The position numbers and the translations under genes were made by a program. The notes under the pieces were generated by a model. That model was given only the letters and a program-made list of their open reading frames with translations. It was not told the DNA's origin and made no database searches. A DNA stretch of 64,000 nucleotides from Takakia lepidozioides (Eukaryota; Plantae; Bryophyta). The stretch's first letter is position 1, and every line of letters begins with the position of its first letter. Of this stretch, positions 12,538 through 23,545 are shown in pieces. The stretch is taken from assembly GCA_030704615.1 (NCBI GenBank), contig CM060733.1, forward strand, positions 32,240,001 through 32,304,000, read 5' to 3'.

Positions 12538-15500
12538 GAGAGAGAGAGAGAGAGAGAGAGAAGACTCTGGCCGAAGCCGGCGTAACTAAGAGCCATTTCG
12601 CCTTGCGGCTACTGCCCCCTTTCGGGGATGGGCCCTATAAAAAAAAAAAAATGTCCTGGGGGACACCAGGTGACCATTGAGAGTAGAGGGGGCGGTGATA
12701 TCCCTGGGTACCCTGTGGAGCCTAGCATGCGTTTGAGGTGCCGAATTCCAATTGGCATTTGTTGGTAATAATAGCTGTGAGTGAACGGAGTGCCGTGAGA
12801 TGGATTGCTTTGAAGCATTTGTGGATGGGAAGAATGGGGATTTTGAAGTTATCGTGTATAGCATTGATACTGTCGTTATGAATGCCACCCCGGGTGCCTG
12901 CGGTAATGATGGTTAACGGGCCGGTGCTCCAGCCCCGCCTTCGGATTGCAAGGATAAGCGGGGCATATTTTTGATGTTTTTCTAAGATCGAGTTGTTTGG
13001 GTAACGGTCATGGCAAAATGTGAATTCAATGAAATTGATGACGAGTTGTGGGCATGGGGAGTTGGGGGGTACACTGTTAGTGACAGGCCGTGTACAAGAA
13101 GTATGTTCGGGCAAAGCCTAGCGGGGCATGAGTATGGTGATTGGGTACATATGCATGGTAGTAGCCATGTTGGTACAGTGTGGTCTGGTGGCCGCCCTTG
13201 ATAGGTGCCCGCGTTCATGAGAAAGAACCAGCGGGTTTCAGCGCGTTTTAGAAAGAGCTTATGGAGGTGCCAGACTGCCTGGTTATGCCGTGTAATATAA
13301 AGACCATGTATGATTGGGTACATACATTGACTGAGAAGATGTGGCCAAGTGTCACGAGTTTGGTGGGTGGTTGAACATAATGGGCAGTATGGTGATGGGA
13401 ACAAATGTGGCCAGAAGATGTGTTTGCGCTGATGGCCCATGTATTGGGCATACCGGAACTTTGTCGTATTTGTGCGTCGGTAGTAGCTTTGGTTAGCCAG
13501 AAATGATTTGAGAGTTTATGGTGTAGTACATTGGATTGAGTCCATTTTTGGATGTGTACTTTGGTATGGCTGATGGAGGCTGCGGCTTGCTTGTGTGCTT
13601 CTCTGGTCAGCATGGTCAAAAGGTTACGGACTGGTCTAGGTGCAGGGGGATCCAGAACGGGGTGGATGAACCAGAAGGGGTGGGTGTGGGCGATGTGGAT
13701 AGGGTCGTTCGTGGGTATAATAGGGGGTTGGGAGGTTCCAAGTTGAGCGAAAAGGTCTGCTTCTTCATTCCCATGAATGTCAGTGTGTGAGCGGACTTTG
13801 AATGGATGGACTGGGTGTTGAAGGGAGATGGCCTTTTGAACAATGGCGGCAATGAGGTTGCGGTCGGGGTGATGATGCTGGGAAGAGAGGCGGGAGATGT
13901 GGTTTCGGATGAGATATAAGGAGGTGAGGCTGTCAGTGAAGATGCAGGGCCAGGGAGCCGAAGGGCAATACCCTGGCCACTGCCGGCGTGATAAATTCCG
14001 TACCCTGTACTAGGTTTGATGACGGATCCATCAGTATAGTGTGAGTTTGCCGGGGGATACTTAAGGGTAGTGTACTGCTGATATATAGAGGGAATGGGGG
14101 GAGGGGGTGTTGTTGGCATGTCCGGGAAGGGGCGCGGTTGCGTCGTGCCCCAGGTTTTGTTTGTCTTAATCTGAGGAGATGTGATGGCAGTGTGGACCGT
14201 GTGGGGGGGGGTGTAGCTGGGTGATGGATGGTGGCCTTTATTTTATGAGTGTTGGTTAGCAACTGTTCGAGCTGGTGGAAAAAGGGTGTCAGGATGTCTG
14301 TATGGAGGGGGTGTTGTATGTGTAAAATCAAGGTAAGGGTAGGTTCATTCCGTTTGAGGTACTCGGGAAGAGGGGGGGTATGGACATATTTAAGTTGATT
14401 TGGGTCAATTGTGGCGAGCAGATTAACCCCTATTGGGAGGCATAGGAGAGGATGAGAGGTGCTAGGTGTGTTTTGTTGTGTAAGAATGAGAATTGTGGAG
14501 GCATAAGGAGAAGAGTGAGCTGCAAATCTTGCCCATTGGAGAGCTTCGTGAGTGAGGGGCCAGAGGGGGGGGGTGAGTGAGGCCCCTACCTTCCCAGATG
14601 TGTTGGGTATCACTACCCGTAGCTCCAAAGATACAGTCTCTGTGATGTGGGCTTGAGAATGTGTGTAAGTCCATAGGGCATGCCAGTGGACTGGAGTAAT
14701 ACGAGTGGGTAAGCTGAAATGTGTTGATGAGTAAGGCAAGAATATCCTGTGGTATGTGCGCATGCCGTTTCGAGTCTGGCGATGGATCGTGGTTTCTTGG
14801 GGGCGGTGTCTTTGAGGTATCGGTCAACAAGCCAATATAATTCGGTAGCAAAGTCTTGTTTCGGGGGTTGTAGGAAGTGTGAGTGTGCGTTTGTAGTAGA
14901 ATACTTTTCCCAGAGCCATGTCAGTTGATTGTTGGGGATGATCCCAATGAAGCGGCCGTGTTGGGCATAGATATTGGAGCTTTGATGCGTTGTGGCTGTG
15001 ATAGCGCACTTGTGTAGACTGAGCTCCATACCTGACCATAGATTGAATCTGGATAATTTGGTGACTTGGCGGTTTAAGTGTTGTGGTTTATGTGCGAGGA
15101 TAGCGAGATCATCTGCATATGCGGCGGCTGAGATGTCGTTGGAGGAGGTTTTGTATTGATACCTGAGATTACCACGGGCAAGCCATCGGAGCAGAGGTTC
15201 TAGGAAGATAATGAATAGATAGGGGCTTAAGGTGTCCCCTTGGATAGTGCCTCGGAGAAGGGGAATAGGTGGGGTGGAGCCATAGTATGCGCCAAAGTAT
15301 TCAGTGGTGCTGTTTGTGTATATGTTGCCTATAAGTTGAACGACATCAGTGGGGTATCCAAGGTCGAGCATGATGGAGAGTAATCTAGCATGATTGAGGG
15401 AGCCGAAGGCATTTTTAAAGTCAATGTATAATAAATATATATCTTGTTTTATAAGTTTGGCGTCTTCGAGGGCGGATATGACATATTGGATTTGTCGAGT

Positions 15501-18500
15501 TGTACTGCGTGTGGCGCGAAATCCTTCTTGAGGGTCGCTGAGAATTTGGTGTTGTTCCCCGTAGCTGGACATCATTGTGGTAAGCATGCTAGTAAATAAT
15601 TTGTAGATGGTGTTGGCCAATGCAATGGGTCTGTAGTTGCTGAGATCCGTAGGGTCACCTTTTTTAAAGAGTAAAATGGTATGGCTATGTTTCCAGGAGT
15701 GTGGTATACGTTGTAGTTTGTAACAGAGTTGGAAGAATTTGTAGAGGAGGTGGTGTAGTTGAGGGTCCAATGCTTGAAGTATGGAATTTGGTATAAGGTT
15801 AGGTCCCGGGGCTTTAGATTTAGATAATTTCTTAAGACCTGATTCGTAGAGATCAATTGTGAATAGGTCGAGGATTCGATCTGTTGGAGAGCCTCTATTT
15901 TTGAGTGAGAAGCCAACTATATCATGCCATGGGTAGTGTTTAACTTTGCACATACATTTGGTAGTATGGAGATTGGGATGTAGACAGTTTGAAACTGTGG
16001 GTGTGTAGGTTGCGGATGCTTGTGACCATATTTCCTGGTTGATGTCCACAGGGTTGGTTAGCACGTGGCCGTGCCGGTGTTTGAGACAGTCGATGGGAGG
16101 GTTGAGGGTGGGGTTGAAGATGGCTTTGTGAGCTTTTTTGGGATGGTCGTGTAGCAATTGATTAAAAGAGGAGACAAATTTCTTGTGGTTGTCGGTAGCT
16201 TTTTGTTTGGTGATACTGTCAGCGGTTTTCTTAGCCTCCCTTCCAGCTTTGGAGAGAGCAGCAATCCAATTAGGAATGTCTTCGGGGTTGGTAGGTGGGG
16301 GCATGAGTGCGTGGCATGCTGTTAGGGTATTTAGGCAGGTGATACGTGGATCTGTTGCCCAGTTATTCCTTGGGTGTATGGAGGTAGTGGTAGGAATAAT
16401 AGTAAGGCGCGTCTTATCGTGTGGTATGTGTTAAGATGTGATGTCCATGTACGTTTCTGTGTGCGAGTAAGGTAGCCGCCATTATGTTTAGAGCGCATAG
16501 TTTGCGGGATTTCGGGAGGGGCAGAGCAGGTGGCAATGACACTTTTGGTCATTTCTTGTATTGAAGCTGTGAGTATGAGTTCGGCTTCGGTCCAGGCCTT
16601 GTCGGGGAATTGTGCAAAGTTTGCCTCGGAGAGTATGGCTGAGGGTTTTACCACAAGGTGTGAAGATGTTGGTTGGAAGTGTTTGAGAAAGGTGGCTATG
16701 CTACGTTGGGGAAGCGGGGACAATATTTCTAGAGTGGGGTGATGGGGCAGGTATGGGTGGATTAGGCCTGAAGGGAATGAGGGATGGTGGGAAGGTGACA
16801 GATACAGGGTAGTGATCTGAGTTGCATAAGCTATTGATGTGTACGTGACTATGAAGGTATGTTGGGATCTCAGTTGGTGGTTTTAGGTAGAAGCCGTCGA
16901 GAAGGCTTAAGGAGGAGTAGTTAAGTCCACCTTGTCTAGAGTAGTGGTGGTCGGCGGGGAGGTATCGGAGGTGGTGTGAGTGAGTAAATTTTGCCCATTC
17001 ATGGTCTACTAAGGATGGGGGCTTATGTGTATCATTGTATGTATGGCCCGTGAGGGCAATGTCTCTGTTGAAGTCGCCTGCTAAAATGTAGTGCTGGGAG
17101 TGGGTCGAGGGTTGGGTGAGTGTGTTGGAAATGGTGAGCAGTATATCAGGGTTCAAGGGGAGGTCATCAGTGTGTGAGGGCATATACAGTGTATGAGGGT
17201 AATGGGGGAGAGCGCGGGAAGGTGTAATTTGATTATTTGGAGGTGTGATTGGGGGGGGGGGGGGGGGGGGGGGACAGTGTTTTGACCGTGTACAAGGAGA
17301 GTGATGTGTGCGTAGGATACCGAAAGCCACCCCTCCTCGGGTGAGATGGTACGGCGCGGAACGCCTGGTAAGGCATTGTGCAGCTGTAAACGAGTGGTAC
17401 GAAGGGAGGAGTTTGTTGATATATGAGCTAGTGGGGTTGTGTGTGTTGAGTTTAGTTTCTTGTAGTATTATGATATGTGGGGATGTAGAGTCTGTGAGGT
17501 GGATTAGGCTTTGAATACTGGTGGCAAGTGATCCTACATTCCAAATGGTGATGCTGAGTGAATGTGCTTGTTGGGAGGGGGAGGTTGTGGGGACCTAGGG
17601 GATCTAGGGGGTGGGGTTCTAGGGGCGGGCAATCTGATGGGGTTGTGTGCATTGGGTGGGGGGGTAGGTGAAAATGGCGTGGTCTGGGGTTGGTATCCAA
17701 GGATGACTGTATTGGCTTGCAGGGTGGCAGCGAGAATGTCTCAGGAGAGAAATGGGAATTTGTTGGTAATATTATCTAGTGTTTGTGTGGTACCAGTTGG
17801 GTGGGCCAGGTATTCACCTAGTAGTTTGTGGGCTTCTCCAGGCTTGGATTGTAGCAGGTTAGAGATTCGTGGAGGTCGTGGAGGTAGTGTGGGGGTGCTA
17901 GGTAGATATGGGGTAGTGTGGGTAGATTATGCAGTTGATATAGTAGTGAGCTTACGTGACTGTCTGATTGAGTCCTGAGGTAGTCGTTGCATATGGAGGG
18001 TATTGGGGAGATGATAATGATTAATGAGAATAGGAGGTGTTGTATAGGGTATGCGATGAGTGCCTGGGTGGCATTGACTAGGAAGGAGTTTTGGTAGGCT
18101 GGGAATCCAAAGGTGGCAATTGGGTGTGTAGATTTACGGTTATTGGCAAAAGAGTGGGGGAGAAAGGGGGCGAAGTGGTCACTTAGGTGCTGATATGCAG
18201 GGACAAGTGATACTGTGTCTCTTTGGAAATATAACTCATATCTTTCGTGATGGTCCTTGGGAAGATTGTTAATGATGCTAGTGATGGTAGAGGGGCCCTA
18301 GTTTGGGTGAATGTCGCCACAAGGTAGGAGTATAAGTGTTTCACAAGCAAGTTTATAGGACGCAAAGTGGGACGGTGGGTGGTGAGAGGAGTGATTGGAG
18401 GCCAGAGGTTTTTGGTGGTATCTCCCATGGGGGTAGTGGGTTATGAGGTGGTTCTTAAGGGGCCAGGGAGTAGGGGTGTAGGGGAGATAGTTGGTAAGAA

Positions 18501-20025
18501 AATGTATGTTGGGAGGGGATTTGGTGTCGCCGTAGTGGGTATGAGTGGAGCTAGTTGTGGGTGTGTGTGCGGGTGGTTGTATTGTGGTTAGATTTGGGCG
18601 GGGTTCCATCATGTGTCCGCGGAAGTGGCTCCGTAGGGTTTTGTGTTTAGCGGTGGGTGTGGGTATTAGATGGGAGAAAGAAAGAGAGGTGGGTGGGTCA
18701 CGGAGATGGATTGAGTTGGGCAAAGGTGCGAATGTGGGTACTTTCAAATGGGCTAAGTAACGGTTATGGGTGGGTGGGGGTGAGTTTGGGGGCTTAGGCT
18801 AGAGGGGGCTAGGCAGCATATGATAGATTGGGGCATTTGGCGAGTGGGCGGGTGGGGAGTACGTGGGATAGTATTTGGTTTAGGGGAGAAGATGCTTCTG
18901 TATATGAGATGTTGAGATAGACGGGGTTTGGATGTGGGGGTCCATTTGCTAGGTCCACTGGCGCAGCAGTACGGGAGAGGGTAGATAGCATGGTAGTACA
19001 TAATTGGAGGTGGATAAATATGTGACGGGGGATTTTGAAGGAGGGGGGGTATGAAATATTCTGATTGGGGAGTAAAAGAGGATGTTAAGTACCGGACGGA
19101 TGGCATCTAGATGGAGCTCGGTTGAGAAGGGGCGTGATAGGAGGAAACGGCGGAGGCAGTTAATGTATTGTGATATAGTTGGATGCAGCCACCGTGCTGG
19201 GAGGAATTGGGGGTTGGGTAGGATGGGTGAATCCGTAGGGGTATATTGGGAAGGGTGGGGATGGATGAGAATGGTGGCGTGGGGATGGATGAGGGGGTCG
19301 GCGGGGAGTTGTGTTGAGTGCGGGAGATGTACGTGTTATTGTTGTTTATGGTAGGTATGTAGGGAGTGGGAATGCGGGTGACAAGGTATAGGCATGTTTG
19401 GGGAGTCCGTAGACCGGAGCATAGGCAGGGGGGGCGGGGTGTATAGGTTGATTTTTGTACTTAACCGGGGGATGGTGGGGAGGGGGGGGGGAAGGTAGTT
19501 TTGTGGGGGTGAAATATATAGGGGTAACCAAGCCTGGGTTGGGTGACGACTAGCTATATGATAAGAGAGAGTATGTGGTTTTTTTTAGGACTGGCGTGGG
19601 GGGTAGATATGGTACGAGGGATAAGTATGGTAGATATGGTACGGGGTGTATACGGCAGGTAGGGCAGTTAAGTGGGTAGAACGCGCTTTTGGGGCGGCCT
19701 GGATGATTCGGGGATGTTGTCATTAAGGTGATAGCAACCCGTGGGAGCTGCGGCGGGCTGGTAGGATTTGAATTTGTGGCATTGGTTGGGGGGGGGGGGT
19801 ATACGTGGCGCCGTAAGGTGTGGCAAAGATGTAATGGCGGAGTTGGTGCGATTGTGACACATGTGGCAGGGAGGGGAAAACGTGCAATAGTGTTGTCTAC
19901 GATCGACAATCCAAGAGGGATCGGGCTTGTGATGGTGTGAGACGGGGCGATCCTGAGAGTGCAGAGGGTGTAGTGTGGGGGTACAGAATAAGTGACAAGA
20001 GGAGTTGAACTTAGTGAGTGCAGAG
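12538..20025 (-). mobile_element. Dualen/RandI-type non-LTR retrotransposon, copy A (~7.5 kb, decayed): APE - RT - PCIF1-like MTase - RNase H - CCHC - RLE
   Basis: APE: SITIWNVGSL..PHIIILQETK..GGVA..LAGDFN..SDHYPV (~16790-17565). RT: KAPGPN..NYRPIAL..QEGFR..YIDFKNAF..RGTIQGDTLSPYLF..AYADDL (~14990-15830). RNase H: YTDGS..IFTDSL..KVRSH..GNEEAD (~13740-14050). CCHC: CPLC..HLLSQC..TRHN. RLE: RLCPNILL..FIEFTFCHD..KHQKYAPL (~12750-13130). (TC)n tail at 12538-12560. Candidate TSD cttata(ta)n-t[a/g]gta at 12505-12537 and 20026-20042. Several frameshifts and internal deletions. Confidence 0.85.
14613..16304 (-). pseudogene. Longest surviving reading frame of Dualen copy A (RT domain, then a deletion junction into the PCIF1-like region)
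   Basis: 563-aa ORF with non-LTR RT motifs up to KC. The usual YLG/thumb segment is absent, consistent with an internal deletion. Confidence 0.8.
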
Positions 20026-20186
20026 CTTATATATATATGGTACTGGGGGTTTACCCTCATAGATCTAGGAGCATCTAGATTTTCATATGTATAGGAAGAT
20101 TACTTTAGTTAGAGTAAAAATAGAAAGACTTTGAGCCAAATCCTACGAGCTCTAAGACATTGGAGTAGGCAGTGTTCTAGAGTTTC

Positions 20187-22823
20187 TGTTGAAACGCTCA
20201 GCTGTTCATATTCAACTATATGGTGGTGTTAATTCCAATACCTTAAGTGATCTAAATAGCTCCATAGTAATAGTGTCTGTCCAATATCCACTAGATCTAC
20301 GATCATGAGCCTAGGTGTGGACTGCCTCAACACCCTCTCTCCAACATACTTCTCCTTTGTGATTATCTTGAGCATCTTGCAAGTTATGGCACATGTACGA
20401 AAGACCGCTCGCTCTGGTCCACAAATATTGAGAGGAAAGACTGTGCCCTTGAGTGAAAGACCAAAAGTTGACCCCCTTTGCAAGGTTGCCGAAGACTTGT
20501 CTATAGTGGTATGAATCTGGGATTGAGAGTTCTATGGACAATCCTACAGGAGCATACTGTTCTACTGAGTATTTGTATATTAAATGCTCTACTGGTTATT
20601 CTACTGGTCATTCTGCTGATACTTCATTCTATCTACCCTATCCTATTTCTGATTGAGGGAAGAAGATCTATTAATTGATTGGGAAGATTTTAGCATTCAC
20701 GAGTAGAGCACTTTTTGTTGGTTGATTACTTGTTGTAGGCTGACTAATCCTAGAGCATCTCTGAAATGGACAAACTTTTGTTTCCCTAAGGGTTTTGTGA
20801 ACATATCAGCAAGTTGACTCTCAGATGCAACATGGTCTAAGTCTACTTCTCCCTTTAGTATTTTCTCTCTGATGAAGTGGTAATGCACCTCTATACTTAG
20901 TACGCACGTGAAACATTGGATTGTTCGCCAATTTGATAGCACTGGAATTATCACACCAAAGTTGGGCTGCCTTACCAATGAGGAAGCCTTCCTGAGTGAG
21001 AGTTTGCAACCACATTGACTATTTGGTACCTTCAGTTATAGCTCGATAATCCGCTCGGTTGACAACAATGATATTGATGGTTGTCTCTTGCTCGACCATG
21101 CTACAGGCGACCCCCCAAGGCGGAACACAAATCCAAACGTAGATCGTCTCATTTCTTGATCACCTGCCAATTTGCGTCTACAAACCCGTCCAAACCTGTT
21201 CGTCCTTCCGCATAAAACATTAATCCATAATCCATGGTTCCCTTTAGGTAACAAAATATCCTTTTGACTGCCTCCGTGTGAGACTTTTGAGGTGCTGACA
21301 TAAATCTACTTACCTCCCCTACAACGTAGCAAATGTCTGGCCGTGGATTTGCCAAATAGATCAACTTTCCTACCATCTTTTGATACAAAAGCTCATCTGC
21401 TCGCTCCTCGATGTCAGCAATTACTTTCAAGTTCTCAACCATGGGAGTTGGGCTTGTGTTGCATTCACTAAGACCTAGCTCCTTGAGCATGGCTTGTCTT
21501 TGGGATCCACGTGTCGGAGTAAATGGCCCCTTTCCAGGGCACTGACGCCAATAATGCCCTGACTTTCCATACTTGTGGCAAACACCTCGAAATTGTGGTT
21601 GCATGGAGAGCCGTGGTTAGATGATCCAGTCCTCCGATTGTTTAGCAATGTGCGAAATCGAACCAACAACGCTTCCTCGTCGTTAAAACGACGATTCTTG
21701 TGAATGGCAAGTCGAGTCTGCTGATGACTTGAACAAATGGAGTGTAGCTCTCTGCGAGAGCATTGATTACTTGCTCGATCAACAATGATTTCATCAGCAG
21801 GAGTTGCATCAATCTCTGCCATCTGATTCAAGATCAGGCTCTTTACGTCCACCACGAACTTTTCCACCGAAGCTCTTTCCTCCATCTTCAGCTGGCTAAA
21901 TTTGTTGTGAATCATGAGACGTTGTTCATTGTTTTTGGTGCCATAGAGACCCTGCAGAAGTTCCCAGAACTCTCAGTGACCTGCACAATGTAAGGAATGA
22001 TGTGGTCCCTGACGGATAACTTCAGTATGGCCAAAGCCTTGCGCTTGAGTTTCTTCATCATATTTTCGTTGAGATCAGCCTTGTCCTCGGTAGCTGCTGC
22101 GTCGGTAGTAAGCTCAAGGAGGTCCCAGAGGTCCTCTTTCTCCAACACGGTCTGCTCGACTTAAATTTCCATAGGGGACAGTTGCTTGCACCATCCAGCT
22201 TGTTAGATTCGGAAATGGAGTATTCAAGAGTAGTAGCCATGATGATTCAATCACTACAGTCACTTCTCTAGGATGGAGGAATAAGCAGGTAGGATCAGAA
22301 TGAAAAAGAATTTAATGCCAAAACAAGATGATAGTAACAAGGTAAAAAAACAAGATAATGAGGATCAGATTTTTGTCACACAAATATGTATAATGTGCAG
22401 GAAAACCAAAGTCGATGCTATATAATCTCGAAACGAAAGATCTATAGATCTTGAGTCTGGTCTTAGGACACTCTTCCACTCTCTTTCATAGAAGGAGCAA
22501 CGTTCACAACGAAAGATCTATCTTGAGTCTGGTCATAGGTCGACACTCTTCCAAGTGCTATCTTTCACAGAAGGAGCAGCAGTCACTTAGTCACTAATCT
22601 CTCTTGTGGAGCAACGCTCACATAATCACCAAGGAACTAACCTGGGTGTTACCCCCTAACAAGGCTCTGATACCATGTTGAAACACTCAGTTGTTCATAT
22701 TCAACTACATGGGTGTGTTAATTCCAATACCTAAATGATCTAAATGGCTGCATAATAATAGTGTCTATCCTCCAATATCCACTAGATCTACGATCATGAG
22801 CCTAGGTGTGGACTGCCTCAACA
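20187..22823 (-). mobile_element. Internally deleted Ty1/Copia LTR retrotransposon (2637 bp)
   Basis: LTRs at 20187-20332 and 22676-22823 (tgttg...caaca); 5-bp TSD gtttc; Met-i PBS tggtatcagagcc (22663-22675, minus strand); PPT next to the 3' LTR. Gag (KLDGASNCPLWKFK, CHKYGKSGHYWRQC), RT C-terminus (RPDICYVVGEVSRFMSAP) and RNase H (WSSKRQ, CDNSSAIKLANNPMFH, QLADMFTKPL) are present. Confidence 0.95.
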
Positions 22824-23545
22824 GTTTCATGGTCACTATTACACAGAGTGCAACCATGATTATTCTCGTTAATGACAGATTTAACAAGGACAATTCTATG
22901 GCAATCTTCCATAAGAAGGTTGAGACCTTTACAGAACGATCTAAACTTTTCAATAGGCTTTTGTAACACCAGACATGCATTGTTGATTTTGGGCATTTGT
23001 CGAAATGTGATCCAAAAGTGAACCTCAGATTGTAGTAGCCTCGGAAAATTGAAGTTTCATATGATAATTATTCATGAATTGTTTTAGTTGATCAGTTGAA
23101 GGATTGCTCTAACATATTCACATTGAAATCCCCTATGATTATTGTAGGACAACAATGTGGGATATTATTAAGAATATTCCCAAGATGGAATAAAAATATA
23201 ATCAGTGAAAGAGGTGGCAGTATATATACTCTGACCATCCTAGCTCATGGCCCAGGCCCCCCATTTTGCTGCCATTTATGAGAGAAGGAGAGAGGAGGGC
23301 ATAAGAGAGAAAAACCCAATTTTACAGAGTAAGCAAAGAAGGGGCGTGGCCCATCCATGCCCACTCCCTTGGATCGAATGGCAAACCTACCAAGGGGAGA
23401 AATAGAAACAAATGAAGTGAGAGTGCAAGGCTAGGCGAATTCCTTTAATTTGGGGGGGGCAGCCTATTTTGAAACCAAAACAAATGACTATCTTGGGTAC
23501 ATAACCCTGACTTGATAAGTCGTAGAATACAATGTTGTGAAGTTA

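Noticed and set aside
12561-12637. Hammerhead or HDV-like ribozyme call for the Dualen 3' structure
   Set aside because: It lacks the CUGANGA/GAAA hammerhead core and an obvious nested double pseudoknot, so it is reported only as an unassigned structured RNA.
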